The notes under the pieces were generated by a model. It saw only the letters and a list, made by a program, of their open reading frames with translations. It was not told the origin of the DNA and made no database searches. The position numbers and the translations under genes are program-made. From NCBI GenBank assembly GCA_951406725.2, contig OX597835.1, positions 28,024,001 to 28,088,000 of the forward strand: 64,000 nucleotides of DNA, in the 5' to 3' direction. This DNA comes from Octopus vulgaris. Lineage: Eukaryota. This document shows positions 13,526-25,111 of this stretch, piece by piece. Position 1 is the stretch's first letter. Every line of letters begins with the position of its first letter.

Positions 13526-14169
13526 TGCTAACGATTCTGCCAGCTCACCGCCTTGTCAGCGCCTTTAATATTATTTTCTACCATTCTGCCGAGGTCGACT
13601 TTGCCTTTCATCCTTTCGGGGTTGATAAATTAAGTACCAGTTGCGTACTGGATTCGATCTAATCGACTGGCCTCCTTCTCCAAAAATTTCGGGCCTTATG
13701 CCTAGAGTAGAAAAGAATATTATTTTCTACTATAGGCACAAGGTTTGAGATTTAGGGGAAGGGGTCTAGTCGGTTACATCGACCCCAGTGATCAACTTGT
13801 ACCTAATTTATCGACCCCGAAAGGATGATAGGCAAAGTTGACCTTGGCGGAATTCGAACTCAGAACGTAAAGACCGAAGAAATGCCGCTAAGCATTTCGC
13901 CCGGCGTGCTAACGATTCTTATTTCTTTATTGCCCACAGGGGGCTAAACATAGAGGGGACAAACAAGGACAGACAAAGAGATTAGGTCGATTGCATCGAC
14001 CCCAGTACATAACTGGTACTTAATTTATCGGCCCCGAAAGGATGATAGGCAAAGTTGACCTTAGCGGAATTTGAACTCAGAACGTAAAGACCGAAAAATG
14101 CCGCTAAGCATTTCGCCCGGCGTGCTAACGATTCTGCCAGCTCACCGCTTTGTCAGTGCCTTTAATATT
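13526..14169. mobile_element. Cluster of SINE family B copies (+ 13582-13716; - 13723-13918; - 13918-14150)
   Basis: Nin-type core in both orientations; flank TTGTCAG(C/T)GCCTTTAATATT is duplicated at ~13553 and ~14150. Confidence 0.85.
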
Positions 14170-14609
14170 GATGAAATTTTTCTAATTTCTTTTTCTTTCT
14201 TTCCTTTTAGTTAGAAAAGAAAGACATCCCTGCCTTTTAACCATTCATTAACTCGCATACGATCATTGAAAAATCTATGTACATTATTATCTTGATTGAT
14301 TTTATTCATTACCAACATAAAATTGGTAGGCATGATGTATAAAAAAAAGAATGAAAAATAGAAGAGAAAAGAGAAAGAAAATCCGAGTTTATGTTACAAT
14401 ACAAATCGAAAGTATTTCACTCATAAAAGCGCTAACGAACTTGGCTTACGACAATGCAAGATCGAAGTATTCTTGATGATATCCTGCAATGCGCCCCAAT
14501 TCCTCTTTCTTATTGCACATCATTACGTCGTGCAACGATCACGAGAAAAGTTGAATGGTTGAATATGTATGGACTGTTTTCTTTTTCTATGTATGTATAT
14601 ATATATATA

Positions 14610-14948
14610 TACTCTTTTACTTGTTTCAGTCGTGTGACTGTGGCCATGCTGGAGCACTGCCTTTAGTCGAGCAAATCGACCCCAGGACTTATTCTTCGCA
14701 AGCCTAGTACTTATTCTATCGGTCTCTTTTGCCGAACTGCTAAGTTACTGGGACGTAAATACACCAGCATCGGTTGTCAAGCGATGTTAGGGTGACTTCA
14801 GTTTCCGTTTACCAAATCCACTCACAGGGTTTTGGTCGGCCCGAGGCTATAGTAGAAGGCACTTGCCCAAGGTGCCACGCAGTGGGACCGAACCCGGAAC
14901 CATGTGGTTCGTAAGCAAGCTTCTTACCACACAGACACTCCTACGCCT
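14610..14948 (-). mobile_element. SINE family A
   Basis: Reverse-complement tail and head; internal microsatellite deleted. Confidence 0.85.
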
Positions 14949-14962
14949 ACACACACACACAC

Positions 14963-14997
<35 letters not shown>

Positions 14998-15150
14998 TAC
15001 ATACATATATATATACATACATATATATATACATACATATATATATACATACATATATATACACATACATATATATACACATACATATATATATACATAC
15101 ATATATATATACATACATATATACATACATATATACATACATATATATAC

Positions 15151-15182
<32 letters not shown>

Positions 15183-15737
15183 GGAAATTAAAATGAGAGG
15201 TAGCCAAGGCGGGAAAACGGTGTTCCCCTACTTTTTCAGTTCACAGACGGTAATGCAACCCCTTGTCCCGTTATCCTTAACGTCACCCTCTTAGACTTTA
15301 GCGTATCTCCTAATACCCATTTCTACCATTGCTTCTTTACTTGTTTCTCAATTTTTTTTCTTTTCCTTTTTGTGAGTTCTCTCAAAAGAATCGGAATCTA
15401 AACCTCCGAAATCGAATTGCGCAAAGATCACGAGCAAGTTATTCGATGGCTAAAAACGTATGGACCTCTTTACAGTGACGGAAATGAGTAGGGGAAGTAC
15501 GCAGTGAGGAGGCAATGTTCCTCCTGACGGTGGGATGACAGCATATAACGTCTTGTACCACATACCCAAGGCTAGCCTCTTGGACTTTAGCGTACCAGTA
15601 TTTCTTAATACCATTTTCATAAATGCTTCTTTAATCTTTAATAAAATGGAATTTCTTTGTTCTAAATCCCATCAACATAATCGTAATCTAAGCCTCTAAG
15701 AAGTAATTACTGTAAAAATTCGATTTAAAAACAATGC

Positions 15738-16076
15738 TGGCGCATGAGCGATGTTCAGAAGTTTGCTTCCCGACGATGATGTCTTGAGTTCAGTCCCACC
15801 GCGGGACACCTTGGGCAAGTGTCTTTTACTATAGCCCCAGGCTGACCAAAGCCTTATTAGGGGATTTGGTAGACGAAAACTGAAAGATGCCAGTCTTTCT
15901 CTTTGACGACCGTTATTGGTTTGTTTACGACCCCATGATTACATAGATCGGCATAAGGATCCGATTAAATAAGTACTAGGCTTTAAAAAGCATTCTGGGT
16001 GTCGATTTGTTCGACTAAACTCTTCAAGACGGTGCCCCAGCATGGTCACAGTCCAATGACTGAAACAAGTAAAAGG
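15738..16076 (+). mobile_element. SINE family A, diverged
   Basis: Core ACCTTGGGCAAGTGTCTT and tail GGTGCCCCAGCATGG..TGACTGAAACAAGTAAAAG. Confidence 0.8.
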
Positions 16077-16319
16077 CATGAGTAACCAAAAAGGAAGCGA
16101 ACGAAACTGTAGTTATATACCGGCACTCCTTCGATATTGGTCTACAAAATGTCGGTGTGAAGAGACGACGTCATTTACTTTCTTTTTCAGCCAAGCCCCT
16201 TCATCTTTGTCATGAGAGAAAAGTGTGTGAATGACGTCATGTACCAATATTGAAGGATTGCCGTTACACCTGTCGATAATTGGTCAGTTTGAATGTGTTG
16301 AGAGCTTAAAGACACATCA

Positions 16320-16473
16320 AGAGGCGTGGCTGTGTGGTAAGAAACTTGCTTACCAACCACATAGTTCCGGGTTCAGTCCCACTGCATGGCACCTCGAGCA
16401 AATATCTACTCATAGCCTCGGGCCGCCCAAAGCCTTGTGAGTGGATTTTGTAGACGGAAACTGAAAGAAACCC

Positions 16474-16529
<56 letters not shown>

Positions 16530-17125
16530 AAATCTTAGGGTAGCAAGAATATTCATCGAAAAATTCTTAGTTACCAATAATGGTCTAGCGAGAAAGAAAC
16601 ATAGTCAATAGACTATATATTATTCAGAGAAGAATACAGTGTACATTCAAACACAAAAGAGATACCCGAAGAATAGGATATCTGAATCACTAGAAAAAGC
16701 AATTAAAACTCCAAGCCACTAATTGTTGTAATTCCGAATATATGTATACGATGGGCTTCTTTCAGTTTCCGTCTACCAAATCCACTCACGAAGACTTTGG
16801 TCGGCCCGAGGCTATAGTAAAAGACACTTGCCCAAGGTGCCACGCAGTGGGACTGAACCCAGAACCATGTGGTTGGTAAGCAATTATATATATCAATGTA
16901 TGTTTGTATGACTTTGTGTCTGTGTCTGTCCTCACCACCACTTGATAACCTGTGATAGTGAATTTACGTCCCCATAACTTAGCAATTCGGCAAAACAAAC
17001 TAATAGAATATGTACTAGGCTTTAATATATATATATATATAACAGTTCTAAGGTCGATTTGTTCGATTAAAATTCCTCCAAGGCGGTGCCCCCGCAAATG
17101 ACTGAAACAAACAAACAGCTAAAAG
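16320..17125. mobile_element. SINE family A pieces in both orientations (+ head 16320-16476; - head 16745-16882; + tail to 17125)
   Basis: Family A motifs; nested insertions within the internal TA tract. Confidence 0.8.
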
Positions 17126-17510
17126 ATAAACAAACAAAAACAAAAAAAGAAAGCTCTAAATACTTCAACCACCGTCCACTCGCTCTCTTCCAAAAGGAAA
17201 AGAATGGACGGCGAGAGAAAGAGAACAAGAAGTATAAAGGAAAGAGACTGTTGGGCGTGAGAGATACATAGAGAGTGAAGTGTGGGCTGTGAGGGAAAGA
17301 AACAGAGAGAAGGAGGTTTGCGGTGGCGTGTCTAATCGCATGAGGTAGTGTTACTAAGGAAGAAAAGTATTTGGTGTGATATGTTGGGGTGGAGGGGCCG
17401 ATGGTGTTCTCTGACTTATCTAATCGTTTCCGATTGTGCAACTGACTATTAAAACCTACAAAATCAGAAACGATTATATACATACATACATACATACATA
17501 CATACATACA

Positions 17511-17546
<36 letters not shown>

Positions 17547-17611
17547 TATATATACTATATTTGTTCCAAGTCCTCGCGTTGTTGTGTTTTTTTGTGCTTT
17601 CTTGTTTGGAT

Positions 17612-17656
<45 letters not shown>

Positions 17657-17855
17657 CATGATAGATCGTTAGCTCCTACACGCATTTTTTTCTCTCCTTG
17701 TTTCTTTTCAGTGTATTTTTCTGTCGAAGAGCGTAGGCTCGAAACGTAAAAGGCTTTTTCTATTTCTATTCCTGAGCGCCATACTAATACATTTGTTTGT
17801 TTGTACTCCACCTTCCTTCATCTTTCGTTTATTTTTGTAAACCTTCCCGTTTTAT
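17657..17855 (+). mobile_element. Short hammerhead-bearing element family H1, copy 1
   Basis: Near-identical to 52818-53012. Hammerhead at 17717-17752 reads TTTT-CTGTCGA-A-GAGC-GTAG-GCTC-GAAAC-GTA^AAAG; ends in (TA)n. Preceded at 17553-17616 by the 3' end of family H2. Confidence 0.75.
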
Positions 17856-18105
17856 ATATCATCATCATCATCATTTAGCGTCCGTTTTCCATGCTATATA
17901 TATCATATACGCGCACACAAACGCATGTGTGCGTATATATATACATATCATACACACAGACATATACATGCAGACATTTGTACATACATATCTGTGTATG
18001 TATACGCACACGGAGTCAAGCCTATAAAATTGGAAACTATTTGACAATTCACGTTATATACATATGTATACAATGCTCTATATACACAAAAATATATATA
18101 CACAA

Positions 18106-18147
<42 letters not shown>

Positions 18148-18150
<3 letters not shown>

Positions 18151-18325
18151 TGGCTGTCTGGTAAAAATGTAAAAATGTTTGCTTCCCAACCACATGGTCC
18201 TGGGTTCAGTCCCACTGTGTGGCATCTTGGGCAAGTGTCTTCTATAGTCTTGGGCTGACCAAAGTCTTCGTGAGTGGATTTGGTAGACGGAAACTGAAAG
18301 AAGCCCATTGTATATATCTATCTAG

Positions 18326-18369
<44 letters not shown>

Positions 18370-18590
18370 CTATGATGTGTATCTTTGTGTCTGTGTTCGA
18401 TCCATACCACCACTTGACAACCAGTGTTGGTGTGTTTATGTCCCCATAACTTAGCGGTTCAGCAAAAGTGACCAACAGAACCAGGCTTAAAAGAAAATAA
18501 ATACTGGGGTTGATTAGGTTGACTAAAAATTCTTCAAGGCAGTGCCCCGGCATGTCCACAGTCCAATGACTGAAATAAGTACAAGATAAA
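18148..18590 (+). mobile_element. SINE family A
   Basis: Head, internal (TG)n and tail all present. Confidence 0.85.
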
Positions 18591-18733
18591 AGATGTGCAT
18601 ATATAAAATGCTTACATATACACACATACGCATTTATGTATAAATATTTACACACACACACACACACACATATATAGGTAGATAGATATATGTATCAAAT
18701 GAAGTAAAATAAAAAACAGGACACAAAGGATGT

Positions 18734-18827
18734 CGCAGTACACATGTTTCGAGCTTTATAAAACAACTTATTCTTACATCAATGTATAATTGACATAACA
18801 GATAGTTTAAAGCCCTCTTCAGCCGCA
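18734..18827 (-). ncRNA. Type I hammerhead ribozyme, canonical core, long stem II
   Basis: Minus strand reads TGCGG-CTGAAGA-GGGCTTTA..TAAAGCTC-GAAAC-ATGT-GTA^CTGCG. All core nucleotides present, G10.1-C11.1, 8-bp stem II base, 5-bp stem I. Confidence 0.85.
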
Positions 18828-19114
18828 TGCAATTGCTACACCAAAGACTTGTATCACATTATGAAAGGTCTGAGAAAGAACATTTGGTATTATTTATAAT
18901 GGTAGGTAAACTGAGTATCACTGAGAAAGTATGTTTGTAAATCTTCATAATCAAATAGGTGTACAGGGTAATATTGGACTCCAAAAATCTGTCCATACCG
19001 TTTTCTCACTCAATATAGAGATATAGATAGATAGACATAGATATACATACATACACATACACACATGTGTATATAGAGAAAGAGATGATATGTGTGCATT
19101 TATATTCTCTCTCT

Positions 19115-19331
19115 TTTACTCTTTTACTTGTTTCAGTCATTTGACTGCGGCCATGCTGGAGCACCACCTTTAATCGAGCAACTCGACCCCGGGACTTATT
19201 CTTTTGTAAGCCCAGTACTTATTCTATCGTCGGTCTCGTTTGCCGAACCGCTAAGTAACGGGGACATAAACACACCAGCATCAGTTGTCAAGCAATGCTA
19301 GGGGACAAACACAGACACACAAACACACACA

Positions 19332-19375
<44 letters not shown>

Positions 19376-19541
19376 TACGACGGGCTTCTTTCAGTTTCCG
19401 TCTACCAAATCCACTCACAAGGCTTTGGTCAGCCCGAGGCTATAGTAGAAGACGCTTGCCCAAGATGCCACGCAGTGGGACTGAACCCGGAACCATGTGG
19501 TTGGTAGACAAGCTACTTACCACACAGCCACTCCTGCGCCT
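19115..19541 (-). mobile_element. SINE family A, full length
   Basis: Complete head, (TA)n/(CA)n and tail on the minus strand. Confidence 0.9.
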
Positions 19542-19772
19542 ATAGATATATATGTGTGTTTATGTGTGTTTTTGTTTCTTAGTTGCCATCATAATAGGTA
19601 CCATTCTTTTCGATCTTCCCTCTTAACATGTCAAACCTTAGAGAAATATCACCCTTGCTTCAAAATAGGTAAGGGTTGGTGACAGGAAGGGTACCCAGCT
19701 GTTGTAAATGTGCTTCGATGATTTCCCTCTTACCCATAAAAGCATGGAAAAGTGGACCACTGAAACGATGAT

Positions 19773-19977
19773 ACTCTTTTACTTGTTTCAGTCATTTGAC
19801 TGCAGCCATGCTGGAGCACCACCTTTAGTCGAGCAAATCGACCCCGGGACTTATTCATTGTAAACCTAGTACTTATTCTATCGGGCCCCTGTTACCGAAC
19901 CGCTAAGTTACGGGGACGTAAACATACCAGCATCGGTTGTCAAGCGATGTTGGGGGGACAAAAACAGACACACAAAC

Positions 19978-20008
<31 letters not shown>

Positions 20009-20180
20009 GATAGATAGATACAACGGGCTTCTTTCAGTTTCCGTCTACCAAATCCACTCACAAGGCTTTGGTCGGCCTGAGGCTATAGTAGAAGGCACTT
20101 GCCCAAGGTGCCACGCATTGGGACTGAACCCGGAACCATGTGGCTCGTAAGCAGGCAACTTACCACACAGCCACTCCTGT
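19773..20180 (-). mobile_element. SINE family A, full length
   Basis: Complete head, microsatellite and tail on the minus strand. Confidence 0.9.
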
Positions 20181-20374
20181 GTGTGTGAGTGTGTGTAGAT
20201 AGATATTAATGTTAGGGTTTCCCAGTTTCACCAGCCAAAGCTCTTCAAAAAACATCAAATAGCAGTAGACTTAATACTTGACCAACCCAGTGCCCCTCCC
20301 CTCAAATAACTGCCTTGCAATAGAAATTGTTTCACTCATTCCTCTTCCTGGCCTAAATCCAAACCAGCATTTGA

Positions 20375-20545
20375 AGGCGGCAAGCTGGCAGAAATGTTAG
20401 CACGTCGGGCGAAATGCCTAGCGGTATTTCGTCTGCCGTTACGTTCTGAGTTCAAATTCCGCCGAGGTCGACTTTGCCTTTCATCCTTTCGGGGTCGATT
20501 AAATAAGTACCAGCTAATCACTGGGGTCGATGTAATCGACTTACT
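20375..20545 (+). mobile_element. SINE family B
   Basis: GGCGGCAAGCTGGCAGAAATGTTAGCACG..GAGGTCGACTTTGCCTTTCATCCTTTCGGGGTCGAT. Confidence 0.88.
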
Positions 20546-20949
20546 CGCCTTGCACCGCCAACTTGAAGTTCCCAGTCTTTATCTTCAGTCTGCAACTCCT
20601 TGCTGCCTTGATCCTGTACCTGTCCGGTATGTCACATGTGATGCACAGGGCATAATTCCCTGGCTTCCATACATCACTTATGATACGCATTGCCAATTTC
20701 TTTTTTCAACTACTCAAAAAATGTGAGATTTATGAAAGGAAAGCTTTATATTACACACGAGCAAAACGCCCCCCCCCCCTGTCCAATGGACGGTGCTGAG
20801 TTGTCAAACATTTAAACCAAATTTTCTCAAAACAACTTGCGCAACCGTCCCATAGGCCTCCCCTTTGAGAAACACTGATTTAACCTAAATTTGAGACACC
20901 AGCAAAAGAAGAAATAAAGATAGACTTTTTTTCTATTCCAAGAAAAACG

Positions 20950-21146
20950 ACTTTACAAATGCACATTCCCACGGCTTTATCGATCACATTCTCACCTGGA
21001 ATCGATTTTTGCAATTTTTTCAAGACTTATACACGCTCTGATACAATCAGTATCTACATATCAAATTTGAGTGCAATCGGATGGAGGATGCCCGAGATCC
21101 TAGAAGACACACGCACAGACAGACAGAAATGATTTTATATAATAGA
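20950..21146 (-). mobile_element. Helitron-like 5' end fragment
   Basis: Minus strand begins TCTATTATATAAAATCATTTCTGTCTGTCTGTGCGTGTGTC (TC start followed by a GTCT microsatellite), resembling the start of 6202-6612. Confidence 0.5.
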
Positions 21147-21447
21147 TAACTTATGAAACGAACACAAACTAAAAGTTTGAAAACCAACACAGATGTTCAG
21201 GACAAACTTATGAAAATAATTTGAACAGGCAATGGGGGTAACCCTTTACCTATTCAATATATCTGTCGAACATATCTTCAACGACCCCTTCTGGCCTTTC
21301 TAATTCTGCTTTCATATTACTTTTATCACATTTTCAACTTTTTTATAAATCATCTCTAAAATTTCTTCTGCCTTTCTCAGAACTAAATTTTTCTCTGTGT
21401 TGCCATCCAATTCATTTTTCTCATTCAACAAACACTTCAGAACATTT

Positions 21448-21858
21448 GGATCTTTTCGGTTTGAACGGCAGTTTTTAACATAATTTCTAGGTAACTAAAA
21501 AATTTAAAACTTCGCATGCTGGTAGAATGTGTACATAAAACATATTTTTCTCTTGGCTTTACTGAGAAAATTCTATAGTTTGTAAGATATTTGTTGTTTA
21601 TTTCTTCAATTTCTGCAATTTCAACCAATCACTGACGTCTATTGAAGTAAAAAGCATTCTGTGCCGTATGAATATGTCCCTTGTTTAAGAAACAGATTGG
21701 GTTTATTTACATTTGTGAAGAAAAAAAAAGATACCCTTCCCCCACCCCTAACCCTAAAAGAGATTGAAATGCAATAGATTGATACTAGGGTCGTAATTAT
21801 GGGTGACAATTTCATATGACACCGCTAGAAAAAACTGCCATTCAAACTGAAAAGATCC
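21448..21858 (+). mobile_element. Merlin-like MITE copy 2 with (CCCTAA)2
   Basis: Same TIRs and body as 10943-11359; perfect 8-bp TSD GAACATTT. Confidence 0.9.
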
Positions 21859-22451
21859 GAACATTTTCTGCCTTCCTTTAATGCTATTCACATCAACAAC
21901 AATTTTCCCAATTTCATCCCTCAAACAGCTTACACCCTGTCACATTGCATGTCTTTTATTGTGTTAGTTTTTTTTTTTTTGGGGCTTACTGCTCTGCAAT
22001 CTGAAACACCTCTTTCCAACATCTTTTGTAATCTGCTTGGCTATCTAGTAATTGTCATGTGCTACCCTTCAACCACTTTATCTCTCTCTATCTCTTTCTC
22101 TCTCAACTAATCTCTGAACCTCTTCCTTTGCTTGTCAATTACCTTATTCCCTAATCCCACCATTACATTTCCAAATGTCTTTCTTAGTGGTCCTCTTGGC
22201 CATCCATACATAACAACAGCACCAATTAGTGGCTCTTGTTATCTATGGCTTCTAGATATCCAGAATTATCAAAACGCCAACTAAAGTGCTTTGTAACATG
22301 TATTTGAGTGCTTCATATTCTGAATTTTTGGGTAAGCATGACAAACTTGTCAGCAGTTCGCTGAAGATTTTCAGCATCTCTGCAACTGCCCTTCCTTGAT
22401 GGCCTGTTTGCTTTCACTGCCTTCATATCCTTAATGAGCTTTTTTGGCCAT

Positions 22452-22654
22452 ATACTCTTTTATTTGTTTCAGTCATCTGACTGCAGCCATGCTGGAGCAC
22501 CGCATTTAGTCGAGCAAATCGACCCCAGGACTTATTCTTTGTAAGCCTAGTGCTTATTCTATCGGACCCATTTGCCGAACTGCTAAGTTACGGGGGACTA
22601 AACACACCAGCATCGGTTGTCAAGTGATGTTGGAAGGACAAACACAGATACACA

Positions 22655-22695
<41 letters not shown>

Positions 22696-22993
22696 GTATG
22701 TATATATATATACGAAGGGCTTCTTTCAGTTTCCATCTACCAAATCCACTCACAAGACTTTGGTCGGCCCGAGGCTATAGTAGAAGACACTTGCCCAAGG
22801 TGCCACGCAGTGAGACTGAACCCGGAACCATGTGGTTTGTAAGCAAGCAACTTACCACACAACCACTCCTGAGCCTATATAGCTATAGTAGAAGACACTT
22901 GCCCAAGGTGCCCCGCAGTGAGACTGAACCCAGAACCATGCAGTTGGTAAGCAAGCAACTTACCACACAACCACTCCTGAGCCTATATAGCTA
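22452..22993 (-). mobile_element. SINE family A with 108-bp tandem duplication of its head
   Basis: GCTATAGTAGAAGACACTTGCCC..CCTGAGCCTATATA occurs at 22774 and again at 22882. Confidence 0.88.
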
Positions 22994-24285
22994 ATAATTT
23001 CAAAAGCCAGTGCCCTTCTATTGGGTTTATTCAAAGAAATCCCCCTCTCACTCTCTCTCCAGTACATTCTTATCATACAGCAACTTCTTCTGAAAGCATT
23101 TCCACTGCTATCTATTACACACTTTTCCCCTAACAACATTCTAATCCATCCTGACACACTACTTTACAATCTAAAATGCATCATGCTTCTGATCCCAAGA
23201 CCACACCACATGCAAACCCCATACCTTTTCTGCTTCCCTTTTTTCTTTTTTTTACAAAGTATACCTAATGTCTAACATCTCTTCTTGGCAACTGATTCCT
23301 TCCTTGCTGTTCCCTGCCTTCAATTCTTTCCAGGCTTGTCTCTTGGCTTTCACAGCACAATCGACCATACTCTTCCATCATCATGTCACCTTCTGTCTAA
23401 CTGGTCTGTGGTTCATAGCAAGACAAGTATTTGTCTCGCAGACATTCCCCGTCATCTTCAATGTTATTGGCTAAACCACTCCACCTTTCCAACAAACTAG
23501 TCAAATACTACTTCTTTGAACCTATGTTTGTCTGAGGGATATGTTTGTTTCCATATCCTTGTTCTCCAGACTGCCTTGAACAGAATTGTCCACATTCAAT
23601 ATCACGACTGTCATTCTTCTTTACCACTAACCATCACACTTTCCCCCACCCATGTCAGTCTTCATTGACTACCACTCTCACTTACCATTGCCTTTCACTA
23701 TGCTTTCATTAGTCACTCTCTCTCTCTCTCTCTCACCATCAATCATCATTATAGTTATCCCCACATGCTGCTAATGTTGTTTCTCTATTCAAGCTCCTTA
23801 CCAACAACCAAAATGTAGCTACCACTGTCTCCTACCACCCTCTTACTTCTATGAATGTTTCCCCAATCACACTCATACCCTCTCTTCTTTCACCTCCCCT
23901 CTTGATTATCATTTTCTCTTCTATTCAACTTCTTGTTCATATTTACCTTGGAAGAATGGAGGCAACACAAAGAAGAGAAGAGCCTTTAGTCATACAGAGA
24001 CAAGGCAGGTTATTCTGTGCTGATACCATGATAAAATGCATTCAGTACATTCTTTAAAATGGCTGGCTAACAAACAGATGTAACAGAGGAGTCCTCAGTT
24101 ACGTAGAGAACAAGGCAGGCTTTACTGGGTCAATGCCTTGACAAAATGCACCTAGTACACTTTGTAAAATGGTTGGCAAACACAACTGAGATAACACACA
24201 GAAGATAAAATTCTTTATTGTTGTTGAGGGAGAATATTATAACTTCTTGAGTGCTGGTACCATGCTAAAATGAACCCAATAGATT

Positions 24286-24520
24286 CTTATTTCTTTACTG
24301 CCCACAAGGGGCTAAACATAGAGGGGACAAACAAGGACAGACAAAGGGATTCAGTCGATTAGATCAACCCCAGTGTGTAACTGGTACTTAGGTTATCGAC
24401 CACGAAATGATGAAAGGCAAAGTCGACCTCAGTGGAATTTGAACTCAGAACGTAACGGCAGACAAAATACCGCTAAGTATTTCGCCCGGCATGCTAACAT
24501 TTCTGCCAGCCCGTTGCCTT
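24286..24520 (-). mobile_element. SINE family B, full length
   Basis: Tail TATTTCTTTACTGCCCACAAGGGGCTAAAC.. through to the head on the minus strand. Confidence 0.88.
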
Positions 24521-24767
24521 AGATTCTCTAAAGTGAATGGAGTTAGGAAGAATATCAAGCTAATGAAGCTATGCCAAAGATGGAAATGTTAATCAGGAGG
24601 TGGTCTTCCAAGCCAACTAGGAGAGCAGTAACTCAGAATGAGAACTAACTTAGATCATGTGGCCCCCATCAACCCATGCTAGCATGGAAACAGGCCATTA
24701 AATAATAATTTTACATAAATGTGTGTGTGTGTGTTTGTGTGTGTTTGTGTGTGTGTGTGTATTTGTG

Positions 24768-25066
24768 TGTGAAGGCGCATGGTTTAGTGGTTATGGTGTT
24801 GCACTCAGGATTGCGAGATCATGGGTTCAATTCCCAGACCGGGTGCTGCATTGTGTTCTTGAGCAAAGCACTTCATTTCACGTTGCCCTGCGATCATTTC
24901 GACATCTGACATGTGGGCACCCAGTTGCACCTGTACAGGTAATGTCAATCTGATGGAGGGAGTGAGCTTATGTCTACACAAACATTTGATCACTATAAAC
25001 AAATCATGTGTGGTTGTTCTGTAAGAAATTGTCAAACCCTCATACATTGTCTAACAATGGGAGAGT

Positions 25067-25070
<4 letters not shown>
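24768..25070 (+). mobile_element. tRNA-headed SINE related to family C, different body and tail
   Basis: Head GTGAAGGCGCATGGTTTAGTGGTT..GGTTCAATTCCC, then TTGTGTTCTTGAGCAAAGCACTT (CORE-like). Confidence 0.7.

Positions 25071-25111
<41 letters not shown>

Larger units (their letters stand above)
21250..23620 (-). mobile_element. Highly decayed LINE (probably RTE) ORF, interrupted by a MITE and a SINE
   Basis: Strand-biased, coding-like antisense segments at 21250-21440, 21860-22450 and 22990-23620, with weak similarity by eye to RTE ORF regions; many stops. Confidence 0.45.

Noticed and set aside
16520-16740. Insert in (TA)n with CCCGAAGA..CTAGAAA, possible hammerhead
   Set aside because: Stems I and III and the cleavage triplet cannot be built.
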